DNA of 64,000 bases, from positions 96,001-160,000 of the forward strand of contig CBDFJR010000005.1 in assembly GCA_965248535.1 (NCBI GenBank), given 5' to 3'. Below are positions 10,495-19,912 of the stretch, piece after piece (positions within the stretch are counted from its first letter, which is position 1; each line of letters begins with the position of its first letter). This DNA is from Phormidesmis sp. GTDB taxonomy: Bacteria; Cyanobacteriota; Cyanobacteriia; Leptolyngbyales; Leptolyngbyaceae. Position numbers and translations under genes: made by a program. A model generated the notes under the pieces. It worked only from the letters and a program-made list of their open reading frames with translations. It was not told where the DNA came from and did no database searches.

Positions 10495-11784
10495 TTGCAA
10501 TATTTTCAGCCGCTCATTCCCCATCTCAAGCTAGAGCCTAATAATTTAGAACTCAATCACCTGCGCGTCGAAGACAAAACCGCCCACCATTGGTATCGGT
10601 TTATTTTGTCGTTTCCGCCGCATTTGGTGCAAGATTATCTAGAAAAATTTGGGGTGAATGAGTCCCATCAGGTTCTCGACCCATTTTGCGGAACGGGCAC
10701 CACCGTGGTGGAATGCAAAAAGCGCGGCGTTTCCAGTGTGGGCGTTGAAGCCAACCCGATGGCGTGGTTTGCCTCAATGGTGAAACTCGATTGGAGCGTT
10801 GACCCCGACGAACTGCTGCGCCACGCGGCTCAAGTTGCGATCGCCACAGAAACGCTGCTCGATCGGGTCGATGATCCCCTCCAAACCCTGCCCGCAGACA
10901 GCTATAATCTGCTGCTCAAAAACTCCATCAGTCCTTTGCCGCTCCACAAATCGCTGGTGCTGTTAGCGCAAATTAACCAGCACTCCGAGTCACCGTTTTA
11001 TCGTCACGAACGGTTGGCATTGGCGAAAGCGCTAGTGTTTTCGATTAGCAATCTGCATTTTGGCCCCGAAGTCGGCATTGGCAAAGCCAAACCCGATGCT
11101 CAAGTCGTTGACTCGTGGCTAGAAGGAGTCGGAGCGATCGCCCAAGATCTCCGCTATCTCAAAACGCTAGCCAACCCTAGCGCGATCGTTCACCATGCCG
11201 ATTCTCGTCAACTGGCTCGCGTCTTAAAACCCAACTCGATCGATGCGGTGATCACTTCTCCGCCCTACCCCAACGAAAAAGACTACACGCGCACCACCCG
11301 TTTAGAATCTGTGATTTTGGGCTTTATCACCGACAAAGCAGACCTAAGAACCCTCAAAAAAGGCTTGATGCGATCGAACTCTCGCAATGTTTATAAAACC
11401 GACGACGACGATCGCTGGGTTGCCGATCATGTCGAAATTCAGCGCATCGCCAACGAAATCGAAGCCAAACGCATCGAACTCGGCAAAACCAGCGGCTTTG
11501 AGCGAGCTTATGCTAGAGCCACGCGACTCTATTTTGGCGGCATGGCCAGACATCTATCCGAGTTGCGCCTTGTCTTGCGGCCGGGTGCCCAGCTTGCTTA
11601 TGTGGTCGGCGATCAAGCTTCTTATTTGCGCGTCATGATTCGCACAGGCACCCTTTTGGCAGACATTGCCAAATCTCTGGGCTATGAAGTCGTCAGCATT
11701 GATCTATTTCGGACTCGATTAGCCACCGTTACCAAAGAACAGTTGCGGGAAGAAGTTGTCGTTTTGCGCTGGTCAGGCAATTAG
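10495..11784 (+). CDS. Site-specific DNA methyltransferase, probably N4-cytosine, motif order I then IV
   Basis: SAM-binding LDPFCGTGTT precedes catalytic ITSPPY. Confidence 0.88.
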   Translation: MQYFQPLIPHLKLEPNNLELNHLRVEDKTAHHWYRFILSFPPHLVQDYLEKFGVNESHQVLDPFCGTGTTVVECKKRGVSSVGVEANPMAWFASMVKLDWSVDPDELLRHAAQVAIATETLLDRVDDPLQTLPADSYNLLLKNSISPLPLHKSLVLLAQINQHSESPFYRHERLALAKALVFSISNLHFGPEVGIGKAKPDAQVVDSWLEGVGAIAQDLRYLKTLANPSAIVHHADSRQLARVLKPNSIDAVITSPPYPNEKDYTRTTRLESVILGFITDKADLRTLKKGLMRSNSRNVYKTDDDDRWVADHVEIQRIANEIEAKRIELGKTSGFERAYARATRLYFGGMARHLSELRLVLRPGAQLAYVVGDQASYLRVMIRTGTLLADIAKSLGYEVVSIDLFRTRLATVTKEQLREEVVVLRWSGN

Positions 11785-11894
11785 AGCGTGAATAAAGATC
11801 ACGAGCAAGATTGGGAAAATGCCCATTTCTGGTGTAGTCACTCAATGGCAATGGCTATACGATCGCGCTAATCGTCAATCTACTGGAGTTCGTA

Positions 11895-13808
11895 ATGTCT
11901 CAATCCCTTCAGCAACAGCAAGGTCACTATCGCTATGACCCGACTCAAATCAGTCAAGCTGCCCCGGCTCGCATCTTTCCTCACGCTGGAGAAGACGGAG
12001 CATTACGATATATCTTGTCTGAGCTACGCCGCAATTTGCTAGAAGGAGGGCGACTGTCTGCCCCGCTGACGTGGGCCCTAGAGCAGATTGAATCGGGGGA
12101 TCACACCCTGCATGAAACCTGGTTAAAGCTGACCACGCTGCTGGTCGATCTCAAAATTTTTCAGTCGGATGTATTTAACTTTGATTTGCCGTCAAATGAG
12201 CAGTTTGACAGCGAGTTTGTGCGGCTGCGGCGCAAGATGGGAGCAGCCCTAACTGATGCAGAAAAAGCAGCCAAAAAAGTTGATGGTCATCAGCCAGATC
12301 TTGATCAAGCCCAACGCCTCCAATTTTATCAAACCCTAGAAGAGCACGGACGATCGCGCCCCAAAATAGTCAAAATCCACGATCGAGACGGCGGATTGAG
12401 CGATCGTGAGTTTGCGCGTCAGCGTCTCGCCGGGCCCAACCCCACCTCCTTAGAGCGAGTTAGCGATCGGGCAGATTTAGCCGATTGGCCTCATGATCAG
12501 GTGTGCGCTACGTCAAGCGGAACCTCGGTGACCTTAGAAGAGGCGGCCCATCAAAATCGCTTGTTTCGATTAGAGTATCCCTACCTGCAATTTGCGCCCG
12601 CAGAGTTGCAGTGTGGTCGCTATGTAGGCAGCCCTAAAACGCTGTTTTATCGAGGAGACCACGGGCTAGAGCCGCTCTTAATTCAGCTAGTGGCAGGTGA
12701 AAAAACCTACACGCCCGCCCACAATGCCGACGACTGGATGCGGGCAAAACTGTTTGTCCAGGTGGCAGACATCACCCAACACGAGCTATTGACGCATCTG
12801 TGCTACACCCACCTGTCCATGGAAGCTTTCGCGATCGCCACTCCTCGCCGCCTGCCCTCTAACCACCCTGTTTATCGACTGCTCAAACCACACTTTAGAT
12901 TTTTGCTGGCCATCAACACGCGAGGCAACGACATTTTGCTGGGTCACGGAGCCGCGATCGACGCGCTCATGGCTCCAACTCGTGCCGCCTCGATCGCCGT
13001 GATGAATCGAGCTTATCGCGATCGTCCGTTTGAGTCCTATGGGCTGCCAACCGACCTCAAACATCGGGGCGTAGAGGCTGAGTTTCTGTCCGATTATCCC
13101 TATCGCGACGATGCCCAACTGCTGTGGGACGCGATCGCTCGCTACGGGACAGCTTATTTGCAGCGCTACTATAAAGACGATTTCGCCGTTCAGCAGGACT
13201 CAGATTTGCAAGCTTGGGCCGCAGAACTAGGCGCACCTCTAAACACGCGATCGCGAGATGAATTTGCTCAAGCCCCTGACTGGGTTTCTCCAGAGATTGC
13301 CGCTCAAGCGGGGTTGTCTCTCGACGAGTTGCCAGACTATCCGAGAGTGCCAGGATTTCCGACCATTCAAAATCCGGGGACGATCGCCACTTTGCAGCAA
13401 CTCATTGATGCCACCACGCAGATTATTTTTACGTGCAGCGCTCAACACGCGGCGGTGAATTTTAGCCAGTTTGATTATTTTGGCTATGTTCCCAATGCGC
13501 CCCTCGCGGCCTACACCCAGCCAGATGTTTCTGCGTCGCTTCAAGAAATGCTGCCCAAACCCGCGCAAGATCTCGCCCAGATGCAGCTAACCTTTGCTCT
13601 GAGCGGCATTCTTTGGAGTCGATTGGGCAGTGACGAGATGATGCAGTTTGTGGATCAGGGCGATCGGGCAATTTTGCGACAATTTCAGGCTGATCTTCAG
13701 ACGATCGAGACTGAGATTCAAGCCCGCAATCGACAGCGCGATCGCGATACCGGAATCGATTACCCCTACCTGCTGCCGTCTCGAATTCCCAACAGCATCA
13801 ACATCTAG
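11895..13808 (+). CDS. Lipoxygenase
   Basis: Iron ligands HELLTHLCYTH, QHAAVN and C-terminal Ile (PNSINI); also FARQRLAGPNP and YPYRDDA. Confidence 0.93.
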   Translation: MSQSLQQQQGHYRYDPTQISQAAPARIFPHAGEDGALRYILSELRRNLLEGGRLSAPLTWALEQIESGDHTLHETWLKLTTLLVDLKIFQSDVFNFDLPSNEQFDSEFVRLRRKMGAALTDAEKAAKKVDGHQPDLDQAQRLQFYQTLEEHGRSRPKIVKIHDRDGGLSDREFARQRLAGPNPTSLERVSDRADLADWPHDQVCATSSGTSVTLEEAAHQNRLFRLEYPYLQFAPAELQCGRYVGSPKTLFYRGDHGLEPLLIQLVAGEKTYTPAHNADDWMRAKLFVQVADITQHELLTHLCYTHLSMEAFAIATPRRLPSNHPVYRLLKPHFRFLLAINTRGNDILLGHGAAIDALMAPTRAASIAVMNRAYRDRPFESYGLPTDLKHRGVEAEFLSDYPYRDDAQLLWDAIARYGTAYLQRYYKDDFAVQQDSDLQAWAAELGAPLNTRSRDEFAQAPDWVSPEIAAQAGLSLDELPDYPRVPGFPTIQNPGTIATLQQLIDATTQIIFTCSAQHAAVNFSQFDYFGYVPNAPLAAYTQPDVSASLQEMLPKPAQDLAQMQLTFALSGILWSRLGSDEMMQFVDQGDRAILRQFQADLQTIETEIQARNRQRDRDTGIDYPYLLPSRIPNSINI

Positions 13809-13821
13809 CCAAGAGCAGCTT

Positions 13822-15195
13822 CTAGAGATTGCTTTCAATCAATTCTCGATATTGGCTCTTTTGCTTTACGCCTTTGACCTCGGCAACCATGCCTTTGTGC
13901 TTAAAGAATTGAATCGTAGGAGTGCCCATCACCCCAGCCGATTCAGCAATGTCGGGGTCTTTGTCGATGTCAATTTCGACGAAGTGAATGCGACCGTTAA
14001 ACTCATCGACGACTTTGTTTAAAATCGGCTTGAGCGTGTGGCAGGGGCCGCAGTTAGGCGAAACATATTTGACCATGATTAGGCGATCGCTCTCGTGATA
14101 GAGCTTTCTCAAGGCCAGTCCGCCTTCATGACGAGTCTCAGCCAGATCAAACTCAGCAGAGGGGACGTGGGCTTCAACTGAGTGCGCTGCTATCTCTTCT
14201 TCAGCCGATTTTTGGGCCTCGGTTTTGCCGAATTCCTGCACCAACCCGTTAAACGATAGCCAGCGCTCGGCTAGCATCGCCGCCATACATCCCGTCCCAG
14301 CGGCGCTGATGGCTTGCCGAAATTCGTGGTCTTGCACATCTCCGGCCGCAAACACGCCTTCAATGCTGGTTTCGACTGACCCGTGCTGAGTGACGATATA
14401 GCCAACGTCATCGAGATCTAGCTGACCTTTAAAGAGAGAAGTGTTGGGAGTGTGCCCGATCGCATAAAACAAGCCTTTGGCATCAATGACGCTTTCTGTC
14501 TCGGTTTGAGTGTTTTTGACTTTCACGCCCGTCATGTGTTCATCGTTGCCTACCACGTCGATCGGTTCTGTGTTCCAATGCACCGTGATTCTAGGATTGG
14601 CTAAGACGCGATCTTGCATGGCTTTGCTGGCGCGCATTTTGTCCGTTCTGACGATCATGTGAACGTGATCGCCATATTTCGTTAAGTAAATTGATTCTTC
14701 GGCGGCGGTGTCGCCTCCCCCAATCACAACCAAGCTGGCCCCGCGAAACAGGGGCGTTGCACCATCGCAAATGGCACAGGCTGAGATGCCTCGGCTCCAA
14801 AACTGAGCTTCGCAGGGCAGCCCTAGTCGTTTTGCAGTGGCACCTGTGGCGATCACAACGCTATGGGCTAACACTTCACGATCGTCAGATTTGATCACAA
14901 AAGGACGCTGACTTAAATCGATCGAGGTGACATCTTCCATGTGAAGCTCAGTCCCCCAGCGCACTGCCTGCGCTTTCATTCGATCCATCAGTTGTGGGCC
15001 GGTGATGCCTTCAGGAAAGCCGGGAAAGTTTTCAACTTCGGTGGTGGTCATCAGTTGACCGCCGGGCAGCCCTCCCGCTTGAAAACCTTCAAACATTAGG
15101 GGCTTGAGGTTTGCGCGACCTGCATAAATAGCCGCCGTATAGCCAGCCGGGCCTGAGCCAATAATGACTAAATTTTCTACGGTTGGGTTTGCCAT
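13822..15195 (-). CDS. ntrC: NADPH-thioredoxin reductase C (thioredoxin reductase fused to thioredoxin)
   Basis: [10 protein letters not shown] and CAIC reductase site; C-terminal thioredoxin domain with CGPC. Confidence 0.93.
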   Translation of the reverse strand: MANPTVENLVIIGSGPAGYTAAIYAGRANLKPLMFEGFQAGGLPGGQLMTTTEVENFPGFPEGITGPQLMDRMKAQAVRWGTELHMEDVTSIDLSQRPFVIKSDDREVLAHSVVIATGATAKRLGLPCEAQFWSRGISACAICDGATPLFRGASLVVIGGGDTAAEESIYLTKYGDHVHMIVRTDKMRASKAMQDRVLANPRITVHWNTEPIDVVGNDEHMTGVKVKNTQTETESVIDAKGLFYAIGHTPNTSLFKGQLDLDDVGYIVTQHGSVETSIEGVFAAGDVQDHEFRQAISAAGTGCMAAMLAERWLSFNGLVQEFGKTEAQKSAEEEIAAHSVEAHVPSAEFDLAETRHEGGLALRKLYHESDRLIMVKYVSPNCGPCHTLKPILNKVVDEFNGRIHFVEIDIDKDPDIAESAGVMGTPTIQFFKHKGMVAEVKGVKQKSQYRELIESNL

Positions 15196-15281
15196 AGGAA
15201 TAATACAAACTCATAACGACTACGACTAGTATAATACAAAACGGTGAGTTCTAGTCAAACAAGTCATGATTTTCGCTGGTT

Positions 15282-15518
15282 TTAGCCAAAGGCAAACACT
15301 TGAATATTCATGGACTTAATAGGCTCTGCTTCTCCGTGCAGCATCCGGCGAATTTTTTCGGTGGTTTCACGGCTAAAGGTTAGCTCCTGACATCGCGAAC
15401 AAACCTGAACGGGGATTCCTTCTACTAAGACGGGGTTGCCGTCGATCAAAAAGACCTCATCGACGTGTTCCAGATGCGCTTGATTTGAGCCACAAATATG
15501 ACAGTGAAACATGGTCAT
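15282..15518 (-). CDS. YgiT/MqsA-type zinc-finger protein
   Basis: CHIC...CSRC with VEGIPVQVC; ATGA overlap with the upstream gene. Confidence 0.85.
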   Translation of the reverse strand: MTMFHCHICGSNQAHLEHVDEVFLIDGNPVLVEGIPVQVCSRCQELTFSRETTEKIRRMLHGEAEPIKSMNIQVFAFG

Positions 15519-15823
15519 TTCCTCTGTAAGTATTCAGTCCATTGGGTTTCGTCAGGCTCATATAAAGTAATAATCTTCAACAGACTAGAATTAGCCAGCG
15601 AAACTTGAATATGAAGAGGGCGATCGCTTCGCGTAAAACCCAGAAGTAGGCAACTAGGTGAATATTTATCGTCAGAGTACTCTTCTATGATGTCTACACT
15701 TTCTCCTGCTTGTCTGATTTCTAAATCACTGATGTTGCGTTCGATCGCTCGTTTAAACGCATGGCGACTAAATTCAAACTCTCCAAGGCAAAGGTGCTGA
15801 CGTATTTCTGCTAAAGATTTCAT
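15515..15823 (-). CDS. DUF4258-like protein (putative toxin)
   Basis: FSRHAFKRAIERNI, IIEEYSDDKYSPSCLLLG, RPLHIQV and IITLYEPD pattern. Confidence 0.8.
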   Translation of the reverse strand: MKSLAEIRQHLCLGEFEFSRHAFKRAIERNISDLEIRQAGESVDIIEEYSDDKYSPSCLLLGFTRSDRPLHIQVSLANSSLLKIITLYEPDETQWTEYLQRK

Positions 15824-16116
15824 AGATAACGTTCGCGGATCTCAGCACTTAAAGATTTAATATTGCAGGATTTGGAACCTCCTTGCGATCGTGATGTCTG
15901 AGCTTTACTGTCTAAAATCTTCGAGCAAACCTGCTGATCAATCGTTCGAGCCAAGCTTTGTGGGGCCCGATCGCCCCTGTCAATCCCTATCAGATCGAGC
16001 GTTTCAGAAATCAGGAAAGATTTTAGACGGGAGTGATATGAAAGCGAACTGAACTGGGCAAGTTAAGTTCAGCGTTAGAAGCACATCAACCCGCACCTTT
16101 AGGAGACATTCTTTCC

Positions 16117-16647
16117 ATGAAATCTGAACTCAAAGCCAAGTTTCTGCAACACCTCGCTGGCAAAAAGAAAGATCAAGGCTTCACCCTGATCGAGTTGCTG
16201 GTTGTTATCATCATCATCGGCATTCTGTCGGCGATCGCCCTGCCTTCGTTCTTGAACCAAGCCAACAAAGCCAAGCAGTCTGAGTCTAAGCAATATGTCG
16301 GCACCCTCAACCGGGTTCAGCAGTCCTACTACTTAGAGAAAGGCAAGTTTGCCTCTGACCTGACCTCGTTGGCTAACCCGGTGCCGTCGCAGACTGATAA
16401 CTACGCTTACACCTTCGCCACGACTACCAGCACAGTGGTCAATTCAGGCACCTCCAGCAAGCCCGCCATCAAGTCTTATGTGGGCATGGTCGCGATTTCA
16501 GTTGTGACGGCGAGCAGCGACGCAACCACCACCGCTGTTTTGTGTGAAGCCAACACCCCCGGAGCAACCGCCGCAACCGCACCGACTGCACCTGCTGCTG
16601 GAACGGCTGCCAGACCCACCTGCGATCCCAGCACAACCGCGCTGTAA
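16117..16647 (+). CDS. pilA: Type IV pilin, copy 1
   Basis: Prepilin cleavage site KKKDQG|FTLIELLVVIIIIGILSAIALP with E5; C-terminal Cys pair. Confidence 0.93.
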   Translation: MKSELKAKFLQHLAGKKKDQGFTLIELLVVIIIIGILSAIALPSFLNQANKAKQSESKQYVGTLNRVQQSYYLEKGKFASDLTSLANPVPSQTDNYAYTFATTTSTVVNSGTSSKPAIKSYVGMVAISVVTASSDATTTAVLCEANTPGATAATAPTAPAAGTAARPTCDPSTTAL

Positions 16648-16673
16648 TAGTCTAGACTGAGCGCTTTTAGAGA

Positions 16674-16707
16674 GTGAGTGGATAGCAATCTATCCACTCA
16701 TTTTTTT
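16674..16707 (+). terminator. Intrinsic terminator after pilin 1
   Basis: GTGAGTGGATAG-CAAT-CTATCCACTCAT followed by a T run. Confidence 0.85.
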
Positions 16708-16960
16708 GCGTGTTCCGCCACGCTGTCTTGGGGTCAAACTAGACCAAACCTTTAGAAAATGCGCTCAAGCTGCCCAGCTTTATGAACCTGCGATCGAGTT
16801 CAATCTAGCAGAACCCTCTTACTTATTTAATACTTAAGCCAATTGCTACTCATATTAAGGTGAAGAGGCTTTAAAGCCCGACCTGAAAGCGAACTGCACT
16901 GATAGGCTCAGTTTAGTGTTGAAAGTATATCAACCCGCATCTTTAGGAGATATTCTTTTC

Positions 16961-17491
16961 ATGAAATCTGAACTCAAAGCCAAGTTTCTGCAACACCTCG
17001 CTGGCAAAAAGAAAGATCAAGGCTTCACCCTGATCGAGTTGCTGGTTGTTATCATCATCATCGGCATTCTGTCGGCGATCGCCCTGCCTTCGTTCTTGAA
17101 CCAAGCCAACAAAGCCAAGCAGTCTGAGTCTAAGCAATATGTCGGCACCCTCAACCGCGTTCAACAGTCCTACTACTTAGAGAAAGGCAAGTTTGCCTCT
17201 GACCTGACCTCGTTGGCCAACCCGGTGCCGTCGCAGACTGATAACTACGCTTATTCCTTTACTACGGCTGCCGACACAGTGGTCAATTCAGGCACCTCCA
17301 GCAAGCCCGCCATCAAGTCTTATGTGGGCATGGTCGCGATTTCAGTTGTGACCGCCAGCAGCGACGCAACCACTACGGCTGTTTTGTGTGAAGCCAACAC
17401 GCCAGGTGCAAATCCAGCAACCCCCCCGACTGCGCCCGCAGCAAACACGGCTGACAGACCCACCTGCGATCCCAGCACCACGGCGCTATAG
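16961..17491 (+). CDS. pilA: Type IV pilin, copy 2 (start 16961, matching copy 1)
   Basis: 176 aa; identical N-terminal part to copy 1; AGGAG RBS. Confidence 0.93.
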   Translation: MKSELKAKFLQHLAGKKKDQGFTLIELLVVIIIIGILSAIALPSFLNQANKAKQSESKQYVGTLNRVQQSYYLEKGKFASDLTSLANPVPSQTDNYAYSFTTAADTVVNSGTSSKPAIKSYVGMVAISVVTASSDATTTAVLCEANTPGANPATPPTAPAANTADRPTCDPSTTAL

Positions 17492-17530
17492 AAGTCTGGA
17501 TTTAAACCCTAACATTCAAAATTTTGGGAA

Positions 17531-17563
17531 GTGGGTGGATAAGCGGCTATCCACTCATTTTTT
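17531..17563 (+). terminator. Intrinsic terminator after pilin 2
   Basis: GTGGGTGGATA-AGCGGC-TATCCACTCAT followed by a T run. Confidence 0.8.
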
Positions 17564-17630
17564 GTGTGTTACACCGCTTTGTCTTGCGTCCATACTAGAG
17601 CAAACCTTTCAGTCCTAAGCCCCCACGACG

Positions 17631-19868
17631 ATGACCTCTATTAACTCTGCTGAATCGCTGGCTCCCTGGCAACAGCAAGCCAACCACTATTGGCTGCAAG
17701 GCCACTATGCTCAAGCTGCCCAACTCTATGAGCAAGCGATCGAGTCTGACCCCGAAGAGCGGTCTTATTATTGGCCCCTCGGCTTGCTGCTGCTTTTGCA
17801 AGGTGAGGAAGCTGAGGCCCAAACCACCTGGCTGTTTGCTTTGTCAGAGGGCGAACCCGATCAGGTTGAGCAGTGGGCTGCTGAATTGGCCCAAGTGCTG
17901 CAAACCGAGGCAGAGCGCCGGGAAGGGTTGACTGACTTCTCAACGGCGTGGGCGATTCGCCAACACTTGAGAGAAATTTGCCCCGATCGAGTAGATAACC
18001 GACTGCAAATCTTGCAGCTTGCGATCGAGCTTGATCAGTTCACCGATGAGACGCTCGACGAGTTGGAGTTGACCCGATCGCTGCGAGGAGCAGAGGTTAA
18101 CTCAGGGTTCTTGCTCCACGTTTTAGCCAGTGTTTTATATCACGCTGCCCCCACGCCATCGCTACTCAAATTCGCTGAGGGCTGCATTAGCTTAACGTCG
18201 GATACTCACGCTTTGATGCAGGTTTTGTTGCCCGCAACGATTCGATTTGCCCACAGCAAGATGAGTGCGGCCTTTGCCGCCGAGTTGGTTGAAGCTTATC
18301 TTCGCGTTGACCCTGACAACCTTGAGTTTTTGGGTCACTTAGCGTCTTTTTATCAAAACGCCAAGCAATACGATCGGGGCATTCAAGTTGCCGAACGTCG
18401 ATATGAACTGACGAATGATTTACCTGAAAAGATTTTTGCTAATTATCTCATTTTGCGGGGATTGTTAGGGGCTGGCGGCTATTGGCAAGAAGCACTCAAA
18501 ATCGCCCAACGACATGAGGAGTTGTTGCAGTCTTTGGTCGAGCAACAGCCTACTAACCTGCACTCGGTGCAGATTTCTCGGCTACTCAATTCTGCTTACT
18601 ATCTGGTTTATTTTTACGATCAGCCGCAGCGCTGGCGCAGTCTCGAAAACCAACTGCTGGAATTCTGTCAAAAAAATATTCAACTCAACGCCACTAACCA
18701 GGGAAGAGACTATCGGCACTCACCCCGCGATCGCGCCCCTAAGCGGCTCAAAATCGGCTATCTGTCTCACTGCATGGCCACCCACTCGGTCGGCTGGCTG
18801 GCTCGGTGGCTTTTGCAGCACCACGATCGCGATCGCTTTGAACTCTATGGTTATTTTCTCAGCTACCGAAAATTCTACGACCCTCTGCAAGAGTGGTATG
18901 TGAACCAATTTGATCACATTCACAGGGTCGAAACGATCGGTCTGGGCACCAACTTAGAAATCGCGGCGCAAATTCAGCGAGATGAAATCGATATTCTCAT
19001 CGATCTGGACAGCATTACTCTTGATCTAAGCTGTGAGATTTTGGCTCTCAAGCCCGCCCCGATTCAGACCACTTGGCTCGGTTGGGATGCCTCAGGCTTG
19101 CCTGCGATCGACTATTTCATCGCCGATCCCTATGTGGTGCCCGACTCTGCCCAAGATTACTACAGTGAAAAAATTATTCGCTTGCCTCAGACTTATATTG
19201 CTGTCGATGGGTTTGAAGTTGGCATCCCCACCCTGCGCCGCGAAGATTTGAATATTCCCCCGGATGCAGTCGTCTTTTTGAGCGCCCAGCGAGGCTATAA
19301 ACGTCACCGCGATCACGTCAAGCTGCAAATGCAGATTCTTCAACAAGTGCCCAACAGCTATTTTTTGATTAAAGGAATCTCTGATGAGAAAGCTATTCAA
19401 GCCTTCTTTGCAGACGTGGCTGAAGAAGTCGGCGTAGAACCTGATCGGCTGCGATTTTTGCCTGACGACCCTTCGACTGAGATTCATCGCGCTAATCTGG
19501 CGATCGCTGATGTCGTGCTAGACACCTTTCCCTACAACGGCGCAACCACCACCCTCGAAACGCTATGGATGGAGATCCCGATCGTCACCAAAGTCGGAGA
19601 ACAGTTTGCTGCCCGCAATAGCTACACCATGCTGATGAATGCCGGAATCACAGAAGGCATCGCCTGGACAGACAAAGACTATGTAGAATGGGGCGTTCGG
19701 CTCGGAACAGACGCGGCGCTGCGGCAGCAGATCGCTTGGAAGTTACGACAATCTAAAAAAACGGCTCCCCTTTGGAACGGCAAACAATTCGCTCGTGAAA
19801 TGGAAAAAGCCTACGAGCAAATGTGGGACACCTACACCCAGTCAGCCCCCTCAGATTCATCGGTCTAA
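17631..19868 (+). CDS. O-GlcNAc transferase / SPINDLY-like GT41 glycosyltransferase with N-terminal TPRs
   Basis: IGYLSHCMATHSVG, IDILIDLDS, KPAPIQTTWLG and LDTFPYNGATTTLETLWMEIPIVT. Confidence 0.9.
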   Translation: MTSINSAESLAPWQQQANHYWLQGHYAQAAQLYEQAIESDPEERSYYWPLGLLLLLQGEEAEAQTTWLFALSEGEPDQVEQWAAELAQVLQTEAERREGLTDFSTAWAIRQHLREICPDRVDNRLQILQLAIELDQFTDETLDELELTRSLRGAEVNSGFLLHVLASVLYHAAPTPSLLKFAEGCISLTSDTHALMQVLLPATIRFAHSKMSAAFAAELVEAYLRVDPDNLEFLGHLASFYQNAKQYDRGIQVAERRYELTNDLPEKIFANYLILRGLLGAGGYWQEALKIAQRHEELLQSLVEQQPTNLHSVQISRLLNSAYYLVYFYDQPQRWRSLENQLLEFCQKNIQLNATNQGRDYRHSPRDRAPKRLKIGYLSHCMATHSVGWLARWLLQHHDRDRFELYGYFLSYRKFYDPLQEWYVNQFDHIHRVETIGLGTNLEIAAQIQRDEIDILIDLDSITLDLSCEILALKPAPIQTTWLGWDASGLPAIDYFIADPYVVPDSAQDYYSEKIIRLPQTYIAVDGFEVGIPTLRREDLNIPPDAVVFLSAQRGYKRHRDHVKLQMQILQQVPNSYFLIKGISDEKAIQAFFADVAEEVGVEPDRLRFLPDDPSTEIHRANLAIADVVLDTFPYNGATTTLETLWMEIPIVTKVGEQFAARNSYTMLMNAGITEGIAWTDKDYVEWGVRLGTDAALRQQIAWKLRQSKKTAPLWNGKQFAREMEKAYEQMWDTYTQSAPSDSSV

Positions 19869-19912
19869 TCCAGCGATCGTCATCTCCTATTCAAACCTGA
19901 AGCCTACCCAAC

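Larger units (their letters stand above)
16039..17563 (+). repeat. Tandem duplication of leader + pilin gene + terminator (copies about 16039-16707 and 16884-17563)
   Basis: Both copies begin TGAAAGCGAACTG, share a TTTAGGAGA RBS and a 531-nt CDS, and end with TATCCACTCATTTTTT. Confidence 0.92.
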
